Source: a virus (Duplodnaviria > Caudoviricetes). Taken from it: a stretch of 64,000 bases of DNA. Under the pieces are notes generated by a model. The model worked only from the letters and a program-made list of their open reading frames with translations. It was not told the DNA's origin and did no database searches. The translations under genes were made by a program, and so were the position numbers. Shown here one piece after another: positions 56,411 to 64,000 of this stretch (position 1 is its first letter; every line of letters starts with the position of its first letter). Location: the IMG/VR virus record IMGVR_UViG_3300029288_003134, positions 1-64,000 of that record. The stretch is one strand, 5' to 3'.

Positions 56411-56881
56411 TTATTCCTCCGTATTTCGTATTGGGTAATCCAAATTTGTTACTCGCACAAAACGGCCCTCTTTACCGCATGCTCCATGATACCTTAGATG
56501 AAGATGTTTTAAAGGTCTGTGAAACCGTGCGGTATAACCACACTTTTTACAACGGTACTGATACTTTCCCGGAATGTTACCCTTAGTCCCATAGATCGTA
56601 CCATCACAGCCAATTAAACGAGCGATACCCCACCAAACTTTATCATGCCGATGCTCGGGGCCCGCTAAGCAGTGAGCAATTTCGTGCAAGACTGTATCAT
56701 TCACCTGTTCGTATGTGCCAATAGCTGTGAGCGGCTTGGAGAGTTGTAAAAGTTTACAGCTATAATAGACTGTGCCGTAAGATGTCTTTGCCCGCGACCA
56801 TTCAAAACGCCAGCCCTGTTCAATCAGGCCAAACTCATTCAGTGAAGTAATCGCTAAGTATTGCGCTTCTCCCAAGTCCAT
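56411..56881 (-). CDS. SprT-like zinc metalloprotease
   Basis: DTVLHEIAH, HDKVW, YRCKKCG; start MDLGEA with GGAGG RBS. Confidence 0.88.
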   Translation of the reverse strand: MDLGEAQYLAITSLNEFGLIEQGWRFEWSRAKTSYGTVYYSCKLLQLSKPLTAIGTYEQVNDTVLHEIAHCLAGPEHRHDKVWWGIARLIGCDGTIYGTKGNIPGKYQYRCKKCGYTARFHRPLKHLHLRYHGACGKEGRFVRVTNLDYPIRNTEE

Positions 56882-57264
56882 GATCTTCCTCCAAGAATTC
56901 AATACTTTCAGGCAGTCCACAAGTCCAGGCATTTGCCGCAATCGAATAGTTGAAATAATGCCGAGGGCCCATGCAGGTTACTTGGTCGATGACACATTCC
57001 CATTCAAGCAGAGTAAAATCAGAATAGACCAGTCTCATGCTTCGAGTTGTTTCAATACAGTCTTCAGATTTGAAATAAAAGTTTTTCTGCTAAGATTGAA
57101 TAATAGAACACTGGCGCACATATCCAGAATCATTTGGACGTACCTATGAAAGTCCTTCTCTGATAGAGGGGTTCTGGCTACGCAAGACTTTTTAGCTGTT
57201 TCTACGCAGCAATCTTCTCCGTGAGAACTTCCACAAATTTCACAATAAAGGGTTCGTTTAACCA

Positions 57265-57561
57265 TCAGTCTTCCTTTCGTGCTTCCTGGTACTCTTTTAA
57301 AAAGGTTTTAAAATCTTCGAGCTGTTTAAAAAATTTACAATAATCGTAATAGGTATCAAGCTGGGATTGTGTAATTTTTTCCCAGGCATCAAAATAAGGC
57401 ATACAACCGGAGATAGCGATATAGCCTTTATCACAGAGAAGTTCATCCTTGGATAGACCATGCTCTTCACAGTAATCTTCGTGACAATAATCTGCGATAG
57501 AAATAAAGCGTCCTCTAGGGGTGATAAAACCGCTCTCTGTAAACTTACGTTTATTTTTCAT
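57265..57561 (-). CDS. hypothetical protein
   Basis: GFITPRGRF..H motif. Confidence 0.6.
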   Translation of the reverse strand: MKNKRKFTESGFITPRGRFISIADYCHEDYCEEHGLSKDELLCDKGYIAISGCMPYFDAWEKITQSQLDTYYDYCKFFKQLEDFKTFLKEYQEARKED

Positions 57562-57568
57562 AGAATTA

Positions 57569-57655
57569 TGGTGGGCCGGGGTGGACTCGAACCACCGAAG
57601 GACTAAAGTCCGGCAGCTTTACAGGCTGCTGCGATAGCCGCTCTGCCACCGACCC
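57569..57655 (-). tRNA. tRNA-Tyr(GTA)
   Basis: GGGTCGG/CCGGCCC acceptor, GCAGC-CTGTAAA-GCTGC, long variable arm, GGTTCGAGTCC, ACCA. Confidence 0.95.
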
Positions 57656-57831
57656 GGAGGTTTATTTTTGCTCTGCCATTAAACGATCATACGCCTTTTG
57701 CTGATAAATCTCGTTACCATTGGGCTCTTTTTTATGAAACAAATTGTAAATCACCACAAGAATGCTCGCAATCTTTACTGCAAAAACGCCACCAATAAAA
57801 ATTACTCCGATGCCTAGAATAAGATTCATAA

Positions 57832-58212
57832 TCACAGGTCTACCTCCGAAGCTTTTGGATTTGGCCTAAAATAAAGATTAAACGGTTTTCCTGATTTTCT
57901 AGTCAGCGTAAGTGTGTGCTCGGTTCCCACAGATTCTCCGTCCCAAAAGATTAACACAAAATCCGCATGGGCCACGATCTGATTGTTTCTGAGAACACCT
58001 GCGCTCTTACCGTACTGTTCCCAATCAGCCGGAAAAATCTGTGTTTTACACCCCTGTGCTTCTGCGATCTGCTGTGCCAAAGTATCCACGCCTCGCGCAC
58101 CCCCCGAAACAACAGTAATATCGGGATAATCAACACAGATTTGTGTGACCACACTTTTGACAAATTCCATGTCAGCAAAATTACGACTACCCACTACGGC
58201 AACTTTATTCAT
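57832..58212 (-). CDS. SLOG-family (YspA/DUF2493) protein
   Basis: VAVVGSRNF, SGGARGVD, ADWEQYGKSAG..RN, FWDGESVGT. Confidence 0.88.
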   Translation of the reverse strand: MNKVAVVGSRNFADMEFVKSVVTQICVDYPDITVVSGGARGVDTLAQQIAEAQGCKTQIFPADWEQYGKSAGVLRNNQIVAHADFVLIFWDGESVGTEHTLTLTRKSGKPFNLYFRPNPKASEVDL

Positions 58213-58507
58213 CGTTATTCTCCAGGTCTTGTGCATCTTCTTCGTTAAAGAGGTCTGTTTCAGTTGGCTGAACCCCGTTAATAATGTCCTCAGCTTCACG
58301 TAATGCTGCGTGCTTATAAAGATCAAAGATATAATTTTCTAAGGCGTCCATGGAATCAAACGAAACTGATTCACGGTCTTCCACGTAAAGAAGGTACTCT
58401 GTTACCAGCCCGGCTGTTACTGCACCCTTGGCCCGCTCATAAGTGACCCGGATGAGCCACTCTTTATTCGGGTAGGTCTGATTTAAAATTTTAAACAAAT
58501 GTTCCAT
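58205..58507 (-). CDS. hypothetical acidic protein
   Basis: GGAG RBS before MEHLFK. Confidence 0.55.
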   Translation of the reverse strand: MEHLFKILNQTYPNKEWLIRVTYERAKGAVTAGLVTEYLLYVEDRESVSFDSMDALENYIFDLYKHAALREAEDIINGVQPTETDLFNEEDAQDLENNDE

Positions 58508-59061
58508 GACAAAAGGCTCTCCCAAATGATAATATTGGCAAAAACTCCGAGAAGTGTGTAAGCCCAAAGATCACTGTAACAAAGCTGGTATTCTTTACCC
58601 CGGAACTGAAAATCGAAGCTTCCCCAGGGTTGCCAGGAGATAAAAGCCCATGTAAGGGTAATTCCCAGGGAGCAAAGCCCGTAAACCACCCAAGAATCAA
58701 GCAAAATGGGCATCACAATGAGCGAAAGGGCCAATCCAAGCCCAACCGTACCACGGGTCAGAATATCAGCCCAAAGGTGGCTATTTCGGGTTATTTTGTA
58801 CCAAAAGCGGCCTAAATCACTGCCCTCATCATCTCCGCCCGGAATCCCATAACCGAGACTAAGTATACCACACATTCCCATAATTGTCAAGGCCCAAAAT
58901 GCTTCGAGCCAATCACACTCGGGATGGAGCCTAACATACGCGAGAATCGTGAGCAGCCCCGGAATGCCGTAACGCCGCAAGGCTTTGCTGGAATTTTTAG
59001 ACCCACCCGCTGCCCCTAAGAGACCGATGATCGCTGCAAATAAATTTTTTAAAACTTTCAT
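58483..59061 (-). CDS. multi-pass membrane protein
   Basis: Several hydrophobic helices; RRYGIP and SLGYG motifs. Confidence 0.7.
   Translation of the reverse strand: MKVLKNLFAAIIGLLGAAGGSKNSSKALRRYGIPGLLTILAYVRLHPECDWLEAFWALTIMGMCGILSLGYGIPGGDDEGSDLGRFWYKITRNSHLWADILTRGTVGLGLALSLIVMPILLDSWVVYGLCSLGITLTWAFISWQPWGSFDFQFRGKEYQLCYSDLWAYTLLGVFANIIIWESLLSWNICLKF
58862..58890 (-). promoter_or_regulatory. sigma70-type promoter embedded in a coding sequence
   Basis: TTGACA ATTATGGGAATGTGTGG TATACT, same consensus as the intergenic copies. Confidence 0.7.
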
Positions 59062-59062
59062 T

Positions 59063-59551
59063 TTAACTCTCCTCGCCACGGTGAAAGGTGGGTTGATTCT
59101 CTAGCCAATGGGCAGTATTGATAAAGATTTTTTTGAGCTCATCCGAATAGCCAAAGCGTTTCTGATTGATGTCTAAACTCTTGAAAAGGTCTCCGTCAGC
59201 CTGTCGGAGAGTCGCGGCCTGCCAATCGCAGATCATTTCAACGAGATCAATCAGGGTCATTCCCTGGATACCGTTCTCAAAATATTCAGGATGGTGCGAA
59301 TTATGCAGAAAATGGTGATCTGTTGCGGGTTTAATTTTGCTCAAAGTTTCGGCGTACTCGGGAGAGCCATAGGTAAGCCCCCGCAACTTGCACGTGTATT
59401 CAGCAAAAATTTCTATCTCTGGGCTCTGTAACTTCGACTGATCGTGACGCTCTCCACGGGTTAAGAGCTCTTTGATAACCGTATTTAAATAATTCCGAAC
59501 TGTTTCCATGTGGCGGAGTGTTTTAAATACCGCGACTTCTTTCAAGTTCAT
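59063..59551 (-). CDS. DUF5662 (HD-like) protein
   Basis: RHDQSKL, HH..NSHHPEY, EMICDW. Confidence 0.82.
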   Translation of the reverse strand: MNLKEVAVFKTLRHMETVRNYLNTVIKELLTRGERHDQSKLQSPEIEIFAEYTCKLRGLTYGSPEYAETLSKIKPATDHHFLHNSHHPEYFENGIQGMTLIDLVEMICDWQAATLRQADGDLFKSLDINQKRFGYSDELKKIFINTAHWLENQPTFHRGEES

Positions 59552-59898
59552 ATAGCCTCCAAAATTACTTGGCCTTTACAGGCCTGAACTCAACAATGGT
59601 ATCCTCAGGTGTGGTGCATGAATCCTTTGCCTCTTCCGGGCTTTTGAAGGCCCAGACCATTCGGTATCTGTCTCCCGTCTTCGTGGTAAAGAAAGGATTT
59701 TTGTCTTTGTCACAAACTAAATAAATAGATTTCATTCGATCTCCTTAACCGTATCATCATCACTGAGTGTAAAGATCACTTGTTCCTCATCACCGTACAC
59801 CTCATAGCCAGCAAGAACCAGACTGGAGATAAGGTCTTTCCAGTTTTCGCGGGAGACTTCACCGAGGCCGGAATGCCTTGAGATTGTCACTTGATTTT

Positions 59899-60357
59899 TC
59901 ATTTTGCACCGTTATCAACAATGGTTATTTGTGGACAATATTTTTTTAAGATTGGCTCAACATTTTCCCAGCAGAGCCGACCATTACCACAGCCAACTTT
60001 AGGGCAATAGACCGCTAGACCGTATGGATTATCTACCTGAGCCGTCAAGTAATCTCCAAGGGCCTTTGCGGATTCTTCAATAAGCCTGAGATCGGCATTA
60101 TACTGCCAGTTGTGCTTTACTGGGAAGGTTATCACACTATATTGGGGCCAGACCTTCAGTGTGTTTCCGTCCGTCAAAAGATGCTGCGCGAGGAGCCTCG
60201 GGAAATCGGGATACCTTTTAGCCATCTGTTGCGCCAAGCCCCGGCCCATTACGGCCTGACCAGCCCGAGTAACCGTGCCATTTGTGGGAATTACGACGTA
60301 GCCGCAAACCCGATAACCCCAGATGTCATCTTTAATGATTTCCATTAGGCGTTCCAA
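59899..60357 (-). CDS. macrodomain (ADP-ribose processing) protein
   Basis: VIPTN..VMGRGLAQ, FPVK..W, PKVGCGNGRL. Confidence 0.88.
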   Translation of the reverse strand: MERLMEIIKDDIWGYRVCGYVVIPTNGTVTRAGQAVMGRGLAQQMAKRYPDFPRLLAQHLLTDGNTLKVWPQYSVITFPVKHNWQYNADLRLIEESAKALGDYLTAQVDNPYGLAVYCPKVGCGNGRLCWENVEPILKKYCPQITIVDNGAK

Positions 60358-60681
60358 GTCTCTCCGCAGGCCTTACAAACGAAGACGAAATGATCTCCAG
60401 CGTCAACGATATAGACCATGCGCTTTTTACATTTCTTGCACTTTTTATCATGTTGATATTGACCTTCTTCGGGCATTTTATTTCTCCTTCCTAAGTTTCC
60501 TCATGTGTTTCGATAACTGGTCGAACCAGCGGGATACCTCTTCTCTACCGTTCCTGCCCCAGTATGAGTTTACAAAGCCTTGATAAAGAAAGAACGTGAG
60601 AATATTGGCAAGAACCGTACTCAGAACTGAAACAATAAAGTGCATCATTTCTTTATTCTCCGCTGTCGGATTACCCGGCCA

Positions 60682-61356
60682 TCACCTAACGTCAGGTAAA
60701 TGTACTTCCGCTTTATTACCCGCTTCCGAATTATCGTTAGGCACGAGCACATTCTGAGTCTCCGGTGGAATTGCTTTCTTTAATGCAAAAAATTCATCTG
60801 ACAGGCTTTTATAGGATTTCTGTATTTCACGTAAAGAACTTTTTAAACAAATAGTTTCAGAAGAAAGCCTACGCCCGATTATTGGAAGAGCCTTTAAGCA
60901 GGGTTCCGAATGCAGCAACTTAGCTCTTCGGGTAGTGTAGACCGTATCCTCAGGCCGAGGTATCCAATAATTTGTAGCTTTCACATCTTGGAATTCAATT
61001 ATACCATACTTTTCGTTTGTTGTCAAGACCCATTTTTTCGCCTCATCCAAGAGAGCTGTCGGAACACATATAAAAAAGTAATTTGGAATAATACACTTCG
61101 GATATTTTAGGCCCTTGAAAGACATCTCCAAAGTTCGATAAATTTGATGTTTGTCAGCCTTTGCTTTCTCGCCCTGCCATAGATCAGACTTTGATGTTTT
61201 AATTTCTATCTCAGTCAAAAGACCCGACTCACTGTACGCGCTAATATCAGAAATGCCCAGAGTAAAACCCACCTCATCGGCAGCGATCTGCTGTTTCTTA
61301 TACCGATAATTGGAGAGTAGGGCTATCTTAATGAGTCCAGAGTTGACTTCAGACAT
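60682..61356 (-). CDS. MmcB-like PD-(D/E)xK nuclease
   Basis: SDI...EIEIKTSKSDL, NYFFICVP, YGII. Confidence 0.7.
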   Translation of the reverse strand: MSEVNSGLIKIALLSNYRYKKQQIAADEVGFTLGISDISAYSESGLLTEIEIKTSKSDLWQGEKAKADKHQIYRTLEMSFKGLKYPKCIIPNYFFICVPTALLDEAKKWVLTTNEKYGIIEFQDVKATNYWIPRPEDTVYTTRRAKLLHSEPCLKALPIIGRRLSSETICLKSSLREIQKSYKSLSDEFFALKKAIPPETQNVLVPNDNSEAGNKAEVHLPDVR

Positions 61357-61357
61357 C

Positions 61358-61924
61358 TTAGCCTACGATCTTATAAGCCAAACTCGTTCCCGGAATAACT
61401 GTGGGAAAAATTTTCATGGCATCCAAGGTTTCTTTCACTTGAATTGTTGTGTAACTAGCGGGCTTTCCGTAATCATGCCATACAATTACACCCCTGGGGG
61501 CTAGTACCTGATAAGCCTTTTTGGTATCATTCTTTACCCATTCCGCCATGTGACAACCATCCACGAGGATAAAATCAAATTTGGTCTTTAGTGTCTTAAA
61601 ATCAAACTTGAGAGAATCGCCCGTTATGAACTGCAATTTACGAAAAGCTAAATAACCCGCAATAGCCGTATGATCGAGATGCTCAATATCCACACAGGTA
61701 ATGTGGCAGTCTGCGGGGGCAACATTCGCCATATTGATTGCAGTACGGCCATGCTTTGTACCGATTTCAAGGATAGTCTTTGGCTGCTTCATTTTCACTA
61801 ACCCACAGATAGCCGAAAGCTCCTCCAACTCCATACCGGAGGCCCGATTGATATTATCGAGCAATAATTCATTGTAAGGGATTTTCACATGCACCTCTTT
61901 TGTTAATTTCAAATAAGATTTCAT
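61358..61924 (-). CDS. class I SAM-dependent methyltransferase (Methyltransf_24-like)
   Basis: LEIGTKHGRT, GDS, FDFILVDGCH, GVIVWHDY. Confidence 0.88.
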   Translation of the reverse strand: MKSYLKLTKEVHVKIPYNELLLDNINRASGMELEELSAICGLVKMKQPKTILEIGTKHGRTAINMANVAPADCHITCVDIEHLDHTAIAGYLAFRKLQFITGDSLKFDFKTLKTKFDFILVDGCHMAEWVKNDTKKAYQVLAPRGVIVWHDYGKPASYTTIQVKETLDAMKIFPTVIPGTSLAYKIVG

Positions 61925-62103
61925 TAAATAGCCTTGCCCGTAAAGCTACACCTTGCGAAGCCCAAAAAGTTAGTGGGTCTGCAATAAAACGGCATTTACG
62001 ATAAAGGATTTCCTCATATATAACTTCAAGGTAATAAAAACCACCCAAACATTTCTGCGGCTTTCTCCGAGTCAATTTCTGCCGAGAATTAAGATAAAGG
62101 AGC

Positions 62104-62382
62104 TCATCCCTTTGAATCTTTAGCTGAGTCTCTTTTACCATCGGCAAACCCCTTTAGGCGTTTTAAACAGCGTTCTCTAGCACGGGCTCGGGCGGCACCC
62201 TCATTATCAAAATAAGTTTGAACATCGACTGGAGCGTAGGTGGTGTATACACCGCGATCTATTTGAACCCGCAAAAAATAGCCTATCTCTGAAATCTCGT
62301 CTAATTGCTCTGGCTTCAAAGATTTTTGGCCCTCACTATCAATGAACATGAAACCCTCTGAAACAATTTTAATCTCGTCCAC
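62104..62382 (-). CDS. hypothetical protein
   Basis: ORF with GAGG RBS. Confidence 0.5.
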   Translation of the reverse strand: MDEIKIVSEGFMFIDSEGQKSLKPEQLDEISEIGYFLRVQIDRGVYTTYAPVDVQTYFDNEGAARARARERCLKRLKGFADGKRDSAKDSKG

Positions 62383-62394
62383 GGTATGCCTCGC

Positions 62395-62622
62395 TTATTT
62401 TCTCAGTGCTTTTTGATAATCAGAACTTCCCGGCCTTACATCTATTTTACCATCCTTGGTCATATCCCAAGGGTCAGAGACTTCCCGCATAATCGGCATG
62501 ACTTCTTTACCTTTTTGCAGGGCATCTTTACAGCGTTTTCTTAGGCGGCGATTATTCTTTCGTTTATCACCCTTCTCACTGCCTCGCGCCCAAATTGCGT
62601 GCTTTCTGCGTGATCGACTCAT
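62395..62622 (-). CDS. small basic conserved phage protein
   Basis: MSRSRRK...DPWDMTKDGK. Confidence 0.65.
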   Translation of the reverse strand: MSRSRRKHAIWARGSEKGDKRKNNRRLRKRCKDALQKGKEVMPIMREVSDPWDMTKDGKIDVRPGSSDYQKALRK

Positions 62623-62623
62623 T

Positions 62624-62887
62624 TTAGATCAATTTCCAGGCAATCGCTCTGCGCCCAGTCGCGGGGTCAACTTTACGGAAGGCCTCAGCAATAACGCCCT
62701 TTTCCCTAAGTTCTTTAACTCTAGGTGTTACGGAGTTAATTGGCAAACCGGAAAAATGTGAAATTTCCAAGTTCGTCATAGGGAAGGGAAACTCACTCAG
62801 GACTCTACAAATCTGTTCCTGCCGTTTACCGATTTTGTTAGTCCGAATCATTTCCTCATACGCCTCTTTAGAGGTGAGTTGAAACAT
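62624..62887 (-). CDS. winged-helix DNA-binding protein
   Basis: TNLEIS..GLPINSVTPRVKELREKG. Confidence 0.75.
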   Translation of the reverse strand: MFQLTSKEAYEEMIRTNKIGKRQEQICRVLSEFPFPMTNLEISHFSGLPINSVTPRVKELREKGVIAEAFRKVDPATGRRAIAWKLI

Positions 62888-62904
62888 GTTTTATTTCTCC
62901 TTTC

Positions 62905-64000
62905 TTACTCGCCCATTGCACCAATAAATTGCCCGGCAGCTAAGAGGGTAGTTTCCCGCTCTGTGCATTCAGTCAACTGATTGGTGGTCATACTGAATTT
63001 ATAGAAGAGTGAACCGTGTTCTGCGTCACCCGTTTGATTCTTTGATACGAATAACTCCATGATTGGCTGAAACTTCCCGCTCTCATCTTGCCAGGCTAGG
63101 TTTGTTTGGTTCTTATTCTTGGCTACATGAAAGTTTGAAAAGATACCCGCAACGAAACGGGCCGCATACCAAAGATCAATGGACTCTTTGATGTCTTTAC
63201 CACTAGGCTTTGCATCGGCTGATTTAGGAACCTCTGCCGTAGCAATAATAGGACACCCAATCTCTTGAGGCAATCTCTTTAAAAAGGAGGCTACCCGCTG
63301 TGAATTCTGAACCGCCTCAAACTTGTGAGAAGCCACAATATCATGCAAGTTGTCTATGACGATAATAAACTTCTTTCGCTTCTCTTCTGCCATAGCCGCA
63401 TGAATCTTAACATAGTTTTCCATGTCCTGCAAGGTTCGTACTTCTGAGCCGTCCTTGATAATAAAATTATCTTTGAGAGCTTCGAGCTTCTTTAAACCAC
63501 CGAACCAGGCCTCTTTAATCTCCTGTGTAGGCTGCTTAATTTGCTTAGAGGTTAGGCCGGAAGCAATACTCATCAACCGGGGAAGGATGGCCCGCTTTGC
63601 CCCATCGTCCAAGGAGTAGAGCGCAACAAAGGTATCCTTGGCCTGAATCAAATGATAAAAGAAGTTTAATAGAAACGTCGTTTTCCCCATCTCAGGATAC
63701 CCCACTAAAAGATAGAGCGTGTCTTCAAAACCGCCAAACTTCCGGTCAAACAAGGGAAAGCCTGTGGGAGTTCCAACGTAATTTTTATTCCAAGCGGACT
63801 CAGTGAAAGACTCAAGCAAATCCTCCAGCGCATCCTTTTCCTGGACGTACTGAATCATATTAAATGAGTCTTTTTTCTCACTAATGCCCTCAATAGCCCG
63901 AGTCAACTGTCGCTTACCAATGTTTAAAAACTTAGAACAGTCATTGATGTATTGCTCTTTACGGATAAGGTTGGGGCAGCCTGCGATAAATTCATAAATC
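62905..64000 (-). CDS. DnaB-like replicative helicase, possibly the C-terminal part of a primase-helicase; 5' end outside the window
   Basis: PTGFPLFD, Walker A GYPEMGKT, IVIDNLH, KNQ; the frame stays open from 63906 to the window edge. Confidence 0.88.
   Translation of the reverse strand, partial: IYEFIAGCPNLIRKEQYINDCSKFLNIGKRQLTRAIEGISEKKDSFNMIQYVQEKDALEDLLESFTESAWNKNYVGTPTGFPLFDRKFGGFEDTLYLLVGYPEMGKTTFLLNFFYHLIQAKDTFVALYSLDDGAKRAILPRLMSIASGLTSKQIKQPTQEIKEAWFGGLKKLEALKDNFIIKDGSEVRTLQDMENYVKIHAAMAEEKRKKFIIVIDNLHDIVASHKFEAVQNSQRVASFLKRLPQEIGCPIIATAEVPKSADAKPSGKDIKESIDLWYAARFVAGIFSNFHVAKNKNQTNLAWQDESGKFQPIMELFVSKNQTGDAEHGSLFYKFSMTTNQLTECTERETTLLAAGQFIGAMGE

Noticed and set aside
1-64000. Stop-codon reassignment
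   Set aside because: Conserved genes are intact in the standard code, TAA, TAG and TGA all end genes, and no suppressor tRNA was seen
1-64000. Integrase, att sites, introns or inteins
   Set aside because: No recombinase, intein or intron motifs recognised; lifestyle cannot be determined from this window

Overview
A 64-kb segment of a large tailed dsDNA phage (HK97-fold capsid, siphovirus-like tail), read in the standard genetic code. All annotations are by eye from motifs; no searches were run. There are three blocks. (1) Minus strand, 1-23 kb: nucleic-acid metabolism and early genes, including an M42 peptidase, DNA ligase, an RNA-repair cluster (Pnk, Rnl1, RlaP-like nucleotidyltransferase, unassigned methyltransferase), envelope-related proteins and several structured non-coding RNA candidates. 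It also holds a plasmid-leading-region-like anti-defence island (DUF4942 methyltransferase, ArdC, RadC/JAB) with repeated strong sigma70 promoters. (2) Plus strand, 24-52 kb: virion module marked by a thrice-repeated putative late-promoter motif. It has a displaced tail-tube gene and no terminase or portal in view. A sigma70-driven cassette (two structured RNAs, an atypical tRNA-CAT, tandem GT9, methyltransferase, GT4) is inserted directly after the major capsid gene. (3) A hairpin-rich origin-like gap at 52-53 kb, then minus-strand genes including an RlmN/Cfr-like radical SAM enzyme, SprT, tRNA-Tyr, SLOG, macrodomain and a DnaB-like helicase. The best candidates for undescribed biology are the glycosylation cassette with its RNAs, the RNA-repair/methylation module with tRNA mimics, the RlmN-like enzyme, a stand-alone PilB/GspE N-domain, an anti-Shine-Dalgarno small RNA and a polarised ACAGTAA motif.
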